From NCBI GenBank assembly GCA_977862235.1, contig OZ374558.1, positions 2,976,001 to 3,040,000 on the forward strand: 64,000 nt of DNA, read 5' to 3'. This document shows positions 12,195 through 22,503 of this stretch, piece by piece; position 1 is the first letter of the stretch, and each line of letters opens with the position of its first letter. The notes beneath the pieces were generated by a model. That model did not search any database and was not told where the DNA came from. It was given only the letters and a program-made list of their open reading frames with translations. The position numbers were made by a program, and so were the translations under genes. This stretch comes from Dudresnaya verticillata (lineage: Eukaryota).

Positions 12195-12763
12195 CAGCCA
12201 CCCGCCCGTTTTCATGTCTCTCTTTGTTGTTTTGGCAGGGTACGGAAATTCATTTCGGAGGTGGTGATTGGGCAAAAGTTGATTGGCGTTAGCAGGAAGT
12301 CTGGAAGTGGTGCGAATGCAAGTGCAAAAGCGACTGAGGGAAAACCCCCTCACTAGTGCGCATCGCTTACTAACCCCGCGGGGTGTTTTGCTCAACCAAG
12401 TGCGCGTCGTTGACGGGAGACCAAGCCCGTTTCACCCCGAAGTACGCTCTGGTTCCGAGCTATCCGGAGGGGCGCTTCACCGCCAACCCTTTCGGGTCGG
12501 CGGCCCGGTCTGCGGTTACGATGGCAATATGGGGCTATTTATACCAGACCCCCCGGGCGCGAAATTACAGTGCACTTGTTGGCGCAGGTTCGAATCCCAC
12601 GGGAGCACAAAGGGTTCCAAGTTATTTTCTTAGTTATTGTTGATATGTATGGGCTGCTGAAAAGCCCTCGCCCGTAGCTATAGGTGCTTTGGGCGGGCGG
12701 GGGGTGCAGCCTAAACATCCTGCCGGACCATGCGCAGGCCGCGCGTCTGGCAGGTCACCTTTA

Positions 12764-14034
12764 GACCGTAAATGAATTTGTTTCATTCCTTGTAAAGTAC
12801 TTCTTGCACGATGAATCATCTATAGTAATATGAAATAGTCCATCAACTGCTTTGAAAGCAGGGCCAAGTTCCCGGAGGGTATCTTCTATATCCAAAATAA
12901 TTGCCCTTCCTGGCAGTAAAAGGACGCAAAAACCTTTTCTGTCAATGCTGGTATAGATAGTAGCGGCATGGCAAGCTCCGGTGCGACAAGTGTGTCTGAA
13001 ACGTTGACTTCTGTTTCAATGCCGTTAGACTTCCACAAGACTTTGCTAGATCCTCTATGGGTCGCTGTAATCTCCGATTCATCTCCTACAGAGATCGGAA
13101 CTTTGCAGATGGATGTATTCTTCACAGATAGTACGTCATCAGTCATGTCAGTACTTGTCCCAGAATCAAGCATCATCAACTTTTCCTTTTGGGATTTGGC
13201 CAAGTTCACTCGAGCCACGGCGGCCCTTTTCCTTCTTCCATCTTTCTTCTCATCGTTATCATATTTCTGCTGTTGGTGAGATTCTTTCTCACTTCCGTTT
13301 GGTATTTTAACCGTCCTTATTGATATTAAGTCTATTCTGTGGATTATTTGGATTTAACCAACACTTATAAATGGTAATACCAAGCTGTGAACTCTGCAAG
13401 AGTTCACAGCTTTGCTGCATTTGTGAGACACGCTCCTTGATTTTTATCTGTCCTTCCAGGCTCTGATGTTATTCCAATAATCTTGCAGTGATCTTTTCCC
13501 AGGACATGGATTCATATGATATTGTTTTGACTGCAGCTGCAACTGCATTTAGCTCCGGTGTTTACTGGAAGAGACAAGTAATGCAATGGTCAATTCATCC
13601 GGTGTTCGGTTTCGCATGCTTTGTAGTTGCTCAAGAACTGCTGACATCTGATCTATGTGAGAGGGCATACTTTTCGTGATACTTTCATATCGCATGCCGA
13701 TCAACTCGGTCATTTTGGAGATTCCTGGTACTGTGGATTTAGAATCGTACCTTTCATCCAGGTTCAGTATCATCCTAAAAGGTTTACCAATTTCAGCACG
13801 AACAACACGAAGGGCCTTACCGGAGAGCGCAGCCACAATAATATTACTGGATTTCTTCTGATCGGCGTCGAACTTTTCTTGAGTAGTGGTACATTCGCTT
13901 GCCCATTTTTCGTGAGAGAGAACTTCTTCGATCCCCTTACAGTCGCATGCAGCCGAGAGACGAATTCGCCAAAGACGATAATCGTCTTTCTCATCAAGTG
14001 GCTTGATTCGAACCTTCTCCGCATGTTCGGACAT
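12764..14034 (-). pseudogene. Copia gag (UBN2/Retrotran_gag_2-like) and aspartic protease
   Basis: gag motifs DYRLWRIRL and LDERYDSKS; protease motif MLDSGTSTDM. Contains frameshifts. Confidence 0.88.
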
Positions 14035-14083
14035 TTCTTCAGTATTTCAGTTTCGTAAACCAAGTATTCTAGAGGCTTGCATT

Positions 14084-14096
14084 TGGGTCCATAACC
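14084..14096 (-). promoter_or_regulatory. Copia-type primer binding site
   Basis: GGTTATGGACCCA upstream of gag matches the copia-type internal tRNA-iMet PBS (GGTTATGGGCCCA) with one change. Confidence 0.75.
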
Positions 14097-14636
14097 TATC
14101 TGGATACGAGTGTGTCTTCTAACTCGTTCTGTCTTGAATCTCATGGACTTGGTAGTCAACACGCATTTGAGCGATTTCAGAATATGACTTTTAAAACAGA
14201 CTGGAGTCGGATAGCTATTTTCTGGAATTGTTGGAAAGGAGAGCGTCCCCTGAGTACGGTGGTGAAATCGGATTGGCCAACAGACCATCCCTTCCAAAGT
14301 TATGGCGGTTTGCGTGAATTTACCCGACATATTTCCAGGTATTCTGAATTTTAATTTCCTTGCGGCGATTTGGCCCGCGCGGGCCACTCCGCGGTCCGCA
14401 CTGGGCCAATTTGGACATTGCCGGCCCGGAGCAGTCCTCGGGGCGCGCGGCCCTGCAGGCGCGCCGCATTGCCCACCACGCCCGCGCCGCGCGTGCTGGG
14501 CGCCGCATACAGACTACCCCGCTTCCAGTTTTTCGGCTTTCTGGTGCAACGGGTGCACTGTGCTTTGCGCGTCTGTGCACAAATGCGCACGCGACCGCAT
14601 ACAGACTGCCTCCTCTCCAGCTCCCCCGCCCCGTCC

Positions 14637-17012
14637 TTGTTCATTGGATCTGGCCAGTGTCTCCTTCGTGGTCCGCAACTCGGCCTCAACATACTCCTTC
14701 TGACTTCTAACATCGGCCAATCGCTCTTCACCCCGCCTGATCACTCCTTCAACTTCATCAACGTGATAACGAAGGCGGTTAAGCTCGTCGGTCTGGCCAC
14801 ACTTCGTATCACTAAGACGGCCAATGCTCTGGTTCAGCTGACGCAAGATGTTGGCCAAAGACATTTGGTTAACATGGCCACGCACGGAAAGTTCAGCCAC
14901 CACATGCGGATGAGGATGCAGGATGCTGGCCCGCACGATGGAAGCGTCATTGGCCACTTCAATTCCAAAGCTACTGTCATGTCAAAAAGTCACTTGTTTG
15001 TTCCAGTCGAAGCCACAGTACTTCTCATTAATGGCCAGCTCTTCGTTGAAACAAATGGTCGCGGTGCAATACTGTGTCGGCTAACTTCTCATACAACGAT
15101 ACACCATCTGGACAATACACATGATTGAACTGATGATGATGCTCCTGGCTGACGGGAAGGTAAGTGAGATCTTTCACCACCTCAATCCGTCAAGAAATGG
15201 CCTGGGTGGACATCCACCACATCCTCTTCGACGCCTGCGCTTCGTAGCGGAAGAAGATACTGGCCATTACATGCAACTCGACGATGGCAGTCTCCTGAAA
15301 GCATTCAACCCAAGTAGGGTCAAGGGACTGACGACGATATTGGCCAACAAAATACTATGCCAAAGGGCTAAGAAGGCCAGCTTCACCTCTCGATGGCCAC
15401 TCCTTCCAAAGAAATGCGGGAACACTAGGGAAGTATTCGATTGCGGGCCAAACCCCTTGTTGACCACGAATACTTCCTTGGTAGACATAGCTACTTCCCG
15501 TGCGATGGGCCAGCCAATCTTCCGGCGCTATGATGCGACGAAGATCTGTACTGGCCATTTTCGCATTCCGAACGGCCGTCCTTTCCCAGCGATCGAGCAT
15601 CCAAGAATGGGGGAAAGCGTAATACCAAGTGGGGGCGTGAGGGTACACACTGGACTCGCCTTTGAACATCAACCAAGCTCCATGGACAAACATTACGTAT
15701 CGCGCACACAGCAGGAAGGCTCGGTCGCACCCGATATCCGAACCAATCCAATAGAGATGGCCATTCTCGTGCGATTCGCGATATTGATGCCACGCCTCGT
15801 TAAGAGGGCAGTGGCTTTTACGAACTCGAATCATGTCCAACTTGTCACTATTGGCCACCAATTCGGCGTAAGATATGTCCACTCGAGGTAGCTTTGGCCA
15901 GATAGAGGTTCCTGGCAAACGTCCGTCCAAAATCAACTCGGGGCCATCCTGATCTTCTAGGCTCCGAGGGAGGTGGACGCGGAAAGGTACAGAAGCACGA
16001 GTATGAGAATCCGACTCACGATCCTGATGCGCTGGAACAGAACGGCCAGCACTCGAACTCGGTTTATCCTGGCCAGTCTTAGTGACGTCCAAAGTCTCTT
16101 CGCGCGGGATAACTTCCTTCACGCGAGGATCCTCGCTTTGGCCAGATGACTTGGGCGGTGGGCCTGCAGATGGAATGGAAAGATATTGGCCAGCATTGAG
16201 TTCATCAATGTCGGGAAGCAAAGACACAAATCGACGACGGTCGCCGTCCGACATAAGGTTGGCCGGAGGAATAGGTGTAGAAGCATCCACATCAATAATT
16301 CCTGCATGAGAAGACTGACCAGTTTCCTCGCTTGGCAACCGTTGCTTCTTGGGAGGTGGACCTTTCACAGCTGGCTTCCCAATATTCAGTTTGGCCAGTT
16401 GACGCGCCCGGCTCCACTGCCGTCGGCATGAGGGGCGAAGGGACAGAGCGCAACCGCGGGGTGGACTTCCTTGAAGCGCTCGGTGTGGCTGAACGCGACG
16501 TCTTACGCGGCACGGGAATATCGGCAAAAGCATCCGGAGCCTTCTGCTCTGGTCCACTCTCATCCTTCTTCTTCTGGCCAATTATCTCCTCACTGGCCAA
16601 GGCATCTTCTCGAGCAGGGACAAAAGTAGGGGCCAAGTCAGAAGCCATCGGCTGGGCCTCGATTACCTCTTTGGCGGCCTCCACCGTGGCCTGAGCTACA
16701 AGAGGGCGGGCAATAGCTGCCACGGCCTTCGCAATGGGATCGGCCAGAGGCGGGGGAGTAGGATTGATGGCCGCCGGAGCTGAAGTACTTGCGAACGGTG
16801 CCAACTTCGAAGCCGTTGCACTTTGACCAACCTCAGCCGGAGGCCAAGCCGACGATCGGCCCAACCAACAGAAGACACTTGGCCAATGGGGCCGTGACGC
16901 CGGCGTGCGGACGACGGTGAGTGCACACAAGTATGCGACGTGTCCACCGAGTGTACACGTGGCTCACACGAGGCCACCCATGACACCGAAGCGCACCACG
17001 TGGCACGCTATA
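14637..17012 (-). pseudogene. Truncated, internally deleted second copy of the Gypsy-1 accessory ORF and its leader
   Basis: Protein fragments 14514-14957, 15355-16581 and 16292-16930 match the 53252-56650 product, with stops and frameshifts. Confidence 0.92.
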
Positions 17013-17019
17013 CCTTCAG

Positions 17020-17710
17020 TGTAGTATACTATATATCGAGATATATCTCGAAAAGCACCACCGGGTGCGTCGCCAAAACGAGACCCCAAGAAGACCAAAA
17101 AGTCCTATTGGATTTCGTAGTAACTGGCCAGAACGTAGAGCGGACCTGCGCTCCGGTAGCAAGCGTGTTAGAGCGGGAGCGCGCAGACGAAGTCGTGGCC
17201 AGATCTGCGATGAGGGCAGAAAATGACAAAGTCGGGGGTTCAGTTGCTAACTTTACTTCCAACCTCTTTCGGGACGGCTTCGAACCTTTTTCGGCTAAGC
17301 CGTGGTATGTGGCCAGATACGTAGACCCAAAAAGCGGCCATCTGAGCTAATCTAGAGCTATTCTACAGTTAGTGGCCGAGGTTACTCCCCGTCGGCCATA
17401 ATATCTACTTGTGTTCCGGCGTCGGGCCAATGTAAGGCCCTTGCGAGACTAAACCAAGTACTTTTACGTTAGTGGTTGGCCATGCGAGTTAGGGTTTCCC
17501 TTGATTTTTCCACTGTCTTCCCTTTGATTTCGCTTGCGGCCAAATCCAATTTCCATTTTTGCCTGGCCTCAAATAAGCTCACACGTGTACAGCGGGCACG
17601 TGGTGCGCTTCGGTGTTGTGGGTGGCCACGTGTGAGCCTCGTGTACACTCAATGGACACGTCTCATACCTGTGTGCACTCACCGTCGTCCGTGCGCCGGC
17701 GTCACGGCCG
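17020..17710 (-). mobile_element. Gypsy-1 LTR (17020-17367) plus adjacent internal sequence
   Basis: Ends TGTAGTAT...TTCTACA; homologous to 52250-52920. Confidence 0.85.
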
Positions 17711-18897
17711 TACAGTGCGCACCCGATACGAAATCGCTGACACCTTCGTGGTTTTCCCGTTGTTTCCTGCGCGTAACGGCTCCGAGGCCCACGACGCGCG
17801 TGCACCTCCGTATGCATCGCTGGCGCACTTCGTAACCGCGACCATACGTGAGACGACCGTTCGTTGGCACCGATTCCGTTACGAATCATTCGAGTACGAA
17901 CCGCCTCCCGCGTTGAAGTGTATTCGTGCTCACGTAGTAGTACTTAGCCAATCGTCTGGCACGACCTCCGAGGGTTTCCGGGAAGCGACTAGCCCCCGGT
18001 GTGGTGCAAATCCACTGCTGAAAACAAAAAAAGAGGACACACCTCGGGCGTTCGGGACCCGCGGGTAGCGGTAGTAGGGGGTGGTGTGGTAGAGCGTGGG
18101 GAGTGGCCCCGTAGTGCGACTGTAAAACGCCACGAGACGAAAGAAAAAGGGAGGAACCCTAAAATAGTGGAAAAGCAAAGGAAAAGGGGAACACAGGGTT
18201 CTGTATGATGAAGAAGGGGTACGCACGCACTGGAGTCCCTCCTGACGACGAAGATGTCGGTCAAGGGTAGGGAGGTGTGTGTCGTAGAGCCCGAGTTTGT
18301 CTTGTTTACTGAATGAGGGCACGTCCCTAGCTCTAATATACTATGTACACGCGGGTGCGCCGCAAATGAAGTGGGGAAGGTAGCGTGCCATTTGGAGATT
18401 GGTGATACGCGGAAGAGGATTAACTAAAATTAACTGAAATTAAGGGTGGCTGACAGTGCGTACAGTAGCGAAGATCCGCCACCATAATCCGCCACTCGTT
18501 GCCGCCGGCGCGCAGGACTTACAGGCCGGGCGCTTTACAGGGGCAGTCCCCAAGTGCATTGCTGGCGGGGAGTCCGCGATTTGAGGCAAATGAGCACCGG
18601 TGAATTGCACCACACCCGGACCTCGGAGTCTTCGGTAAACCCCTGTTTCTTCGAGTTCGGTGTCCTCGTCTTTGTGACTGCGGATACGGTCGAGTCTCGC
18701 TTTGGATATCCCGCGCACCCGGAGTCATCTCCGGTGATCGATCGCTCGAGTTCTCCCTTCCGCGCACGACTACGTTGACACCGTAATGCGGATTATCATC
18801 GTGGCGCCGCGATCACGGAGTCAGCTCGGGATTCGTATTTCTCGATTATTTTTCACGTAGACCGCGGAGTCGTTTTGCGCGCGGCGTCAATACCACA
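17711..18897. mobile_element. Rearranged family C fragments interrupted by D
   Basis: 17711-17999 and 18615-18785 match 26900-27350. 18785-18897 is an inverted C end finishing ATACCACA. Confidence 0.8.
18000..18614. mobile_element. Solo-LTR-like unit, family D (615 bp)
   Basis: Ends TGTGGTGCAA/TTGCACCACA with TSD CCCGG. Confidence 0.9.
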
Positions 18898-19121
18898 TTA
18901 ACTATTACTGTGCAGTATTAGCTAAGTATTAGCATTAGTGCTCTAACTGAGCGGGTAGCACGTTTTCGGCTCTCGCCGCATTTATGGGCCCCTGAGCAGC
19001 AGGGGCCCGGCACTAAACCGGCAGCGGTGCTTGCCTTGGGGTTTCCCCATTTTTGGATACTTAGAGTGCTACCGCTACAAACCCCATTGGGCCTCTACAA
19101 GTCCCGTCGTCGACGACAAAC

Positions 19122-19897
19122 TGTAGTAGTATGGCACCGGCCAGGAACAGCAAAAGAACAGAAAAAGACAGCTGTCCGATAGCACACGCTAATGGGTGGT
19201 GGCTCGAAGGAGGTTTGGTAGAGTCTTAGAAGGGGTCGAGCCCTGATGGCCCGAAAGGGGGGTTGCGGAAGTACGGTAAATACTCGGCGCGACCTACTGA
19301 GGGAAGATATAGAGGTAGCGACCTGGTGTTTCCCAGAGTACTTGTCGTACGATTTCCAGGCCCGTACTATCCGACCCCTGCAAGCGCGGAGCGTCCGAAC
19401 GACCAAAAGATGAACACTTTCCGAACAACTCCGCTGAGTGTTTATTCTAAGGGGGCCGGCTATTCCGGCGCCCATAAGTAGGGCTTGACAGCCGAAAAGT
19501 CTATCAGCCCGAAAGGGGGTCTAAGTGAGTCTCTGATTATAGTTACTAAGGTTAGTACAGGCAGTACAAAGTAAATAGGAGAATGCCTCCCGGTACAGGG
19601 ACTTGGTGGCGGATGCGCCGGTGCGCAAGCCGGGGTCTCGGCTGCATTGTCGATACCCTGAGAGGCGCTCCCCGTCCGTGAGCAGGAGCGCAGCGGCGCG
19701 TCATAAATCAGCCACTACGAGGCGTCCAGTTCGCGCTATTGTAATTCCACGTGTAACCGACGTGTCATCCACGTCTCATCCACGTGTACAGAGATGAAGG
19801 GGCAGCTGTCCTGATTAAGGGACACAGGGACAGTATGTCCGGCAAAAAGAGATGCGCTCCTGTAAGCGCTCCTGCTGACAGCGTCCATTCTGCCATA
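19122..19897. mobile_element. Solo-LTR-like unit, family F
   Basis: Inverted copy of 23069-23880 with TSD CAAAC. Confidence 0.88.
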
Positions 19898-19967
19898 CAA
19901 ACTGCTCTACAGCGCTGGGTTCGCCTTCCCTTTTCCCCTCTTCTTAGAGCTTTAACCCCTATCAAGG

Positions 19968-20674
19968 TGTGGTGAAGTGAGCCGTGGCGCGCATGCGGCG
20001 CACCGACGGCGAGCCAACCGTAACGGATGATGTGGCAATACGCCATGCTGATGATCTGGCAATGTGGAACCGTGTCGGTTGTGTGCGCATTACTGTGCAT
20101 TGGTACGCATCGCTGTACTTTACGTGGAGCGCACCAACCGTTGCGGAGTATTTGTGGTATTTGTGGTATTCTTTAATTTTAGTGAGTATCTGTACAGTGT
20201 GTAGAGCATTGCGCCAGCTAATGAGATTGCTGCGCATGTCCGTGTCGGAGATTGGGATCAGCAGGGCCGATTCCACCATAGGACCAGACCACTAGGGTCT
20301 GGCCCCCACGGACCGGACCGCTCGGTGCCACCCCGAGTTGTATATCAGGGCGGCACCGCAGCGGCTCACAGGGTAAGCGGGCAAGCAAATCTTGAGCCTC
20401 AATCCCACTGTAGCTCTTTCCTTTACGGTTTTCCTCGCGCCGAGCCCGTTGCGGTCTACCACCACCACCACCGCTACGGAGTCCGTCCCGGCACTTGTAC
20501 CATCCCTGTGCTTGTCTGGTGCTTTCCAATATCCGTTTCGGTTAGCCGCTCGCTGTTCTTCCGTCTCGGTGCAAACTTCTCTACCACCCCGTGGAGGTAG
20601 TGTTGCTCTCGTCCCGTGTAAAAAAGTCAGGCCAGCTGTCCGTTACGAAGTTCGTGGGTTTTCACTACACAACA
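19968..20674. mobile_element. Solo-LTR-like unit, family A
   Basis: Inverted copy of 2802-3468 with TSD CAAGG. Confidence 0.9.
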
Positions 20675-21068
20675 CAAGGCTCTACCAACGCGTTATCGAG
20701 CTACCATCCACGCAGTGTAATATCAATTCTAAGCCAGCTGTCGAGCTTTGTTGTGGTCCTTTCCGATTTCGATGTCATTCTACTACAGGTACCTCGTGCC
20801 ATACCCCTTTCTGAGTTTGTGCCCTTTTCAGAATCAAGCGTTCCGGAAAGAATGGCGCTTTCCCCGATATAATACCTCACACGAACGTCCTATCGCCGTC
20901 GTAATCAATAGATATCTTTGGGTGGTATTATATTGCGATTTTAGTCTCTTAGAATAGATTCGCCCCTGTAGAGATTGGAAATTCTATCTATCCCGAAACA
21001 TCGCATATGGTTACTGAATAGAGAACCGGCAGAGATGCTTTTAGAGTAGAAACAGAAGGCGAGAATGT

Positions 21069-21455
21069 TGTAGTAGAATGACTTCTAAGTCAACGAGGAC
21101 AACAACACAACAAGACAGCTGTCTTAGAAGATACTCCACTGCGTGGATGGTAGCTCGGTAAAAGGGGTTGGTAGAGACTTGATAGGGCTTAAAGCCCTAA
21201 GAAGAGGGGAAAAGGGAAGGCGAACCCAGCCGTGTAGAGCAGTTCTTCGTAGACGACGGGGCTTGTAGACGCCCAAGGGGGTTTGTAGCGGTAGCACCGT
21301 AAGTGTCCAAAAAGGGGAAAACCCAAGGCACAGACCGCTGCCGGTTTAGTGCCGGGCCCCTGCTACTCAAGGGCCCCATAAATACGGCGAGAGCCGAAAA
21401 GGTGCTACTCGCTCAGTTAGAGCTCTATTGCTAATACTTAGCTAATACTGTACAA
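21069..21455 (-). mobile_element. LTR-like unit, family E (inverted copy)
   Basis: Starts TGTAGTAGAA and is reverse-complement similar to the 18905-20787 pieces. Confidence 0.7.
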
Positions 21456-22503
21456 TACAGGTATGATATGTCCTTAGATAGGAATGAGTGGTCAGGCCAC
21501 AAGGCGAGCGCGGCGCCACTGTCAGGCGCCGCGGGGCAAACATCCGCCAGCAATGCAGGGCGCGATGATGCGGTCATAGTTAATCCCCAAATGGCATAGT
21601 GCCATATCACCTGAAGCCGTGCGCCTTACAGATTAAAGCTGTACCCGTGTTGCCTTACAGCGCAGGAGCGCTCCAGCAATTAAATCAATCTGAGAGCCAG
21701 CCATATCACCCGGGCGGTTGTGCGCCTGCCATTACTTACAGAGGACTCGTGTCCACGTGGCTCCTTACAGGGCGTCAACGTCCGTTGTACCGCAAATGTT
21801 TTAGGGAAGTCAGAGGTGCTGGGGTGAGCTGGTGGAACGGAAGAACTTTCGTGGACTGTCTGAGATCAGAAAGGTCGAAGACTGATGTACCCGTCAATTG
21901 GAAGAACTCTCCTGGTTGGCCTCTTCTCTATGTACATTAATCTTTTCTTAGCGTTGCGGCGAGAGAGTGGGTTTAACACTGGATACTGATGCATATTGTT
22001 CTGTTAGCATTGTGCCCAGAGCGTTGACACGTGAACTGATTACTGCTGCTACACTGGTATTGCCTTACTATTAGGCTGGCGAAGCAGGTTGATGCGATTT
22101 CCGAGGGGTGCAATGGTCCTGCCGCAGAAGCATGGTCGTCCCTGCGATGGTTTCTGTAACTCGGCGGTTATTTGCGTTCCGGTAATATTACACATCATTC
22201 ATAAAAATAGATGTATTTTTCAGAAATAGATTACATTTTGCACTCGTCCGTGCTCCTCTCGTGTTGAGACATTCTCAACGGGGTCGGGCGATCTCCTTGG
22301 AAATGATTCACCCTTTTAGCGGGAACTCATTCCCACCCAAACCGTTGCGCACCAAACGCGAATGCGACCTTATCAGCTGTTTGCGCGCGCTTTCGCTGCC
22401 GTATGCAGGCGGCATCATTACAAGAAGGCCATTCAAAGCTGCGACTTCAGCTCCACTCAGCGCCCACACCCGCCAGACGCACGAACAGCGCAGACCCTCC
22501 AGC

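Larger units (their letters stand above)
7837..12763 (+). mobile_element. Tyrosine-recombinase retrotransposon (DIRS order, Ngaro/PAT-like), ~4.9 kb, degenerate
   Basis: Domain order is gag-RT-RNase H-MT-YR, with a direct repeat at 7868-8096 / 11967-12194. The flanks rejoin as GGCTTCTAGACCGT with only a shared TA and no 5-bp TSD. Confidence 0.9.
1..14161 (-). mobile_element. Degenerate Ty1/Copia LTR retrotransposon, interrupted by insertions at 613-5641 and 7837-12763; its 3' end lies left of the window
   Basis: Minus-strand domain order is gag (13549-14034), protease MLDSGTS (~12886-13218), integrase (6832-7440), RT YVDD (5647-6428) and RNase H (1-492). A copia-type PBS lies at 14084-14096. 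The reading frame rejoins across the 613-5641 insert (..IMTQRP|LIEKLL..). Confidence 0.92.
18905..20787 (+). mobile_element. LTR-like unit, family E, interrupted by F2 and A2
   Basis: After removing the inserts it is the reverse complement of 21069-21455. It ends TTCTACTACA. Confidence 0.7.

Noticed and set aside
9060..12395. Overlapping alternate-frame and antisense ORFs in the YR element (e.g. 9060-10139, 11282-12133)
   Set aside because: They are most simply shadows of GC-rich RT/YR coding sequence, with no independent motifs.
12560..12610. Functional tRNA gene
   Set aside because: Only a T-loop-like motif is present, with a mismatched T stem and no acceptor or D arm.
12640..12720. Hammerhead ribozyme
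   Set aside because: CTGCTGA..AAA only loosely resembles the CUGANGA/GAAA core, and the three-stem geometry could not be built.
14097..14636. Complete Copia 5' LTR
   Set aside because: Only ~65 bp fits between the PBS and a TGTTG end, and the partner LTR is outside the window, so the boundary cannot be confirmed.
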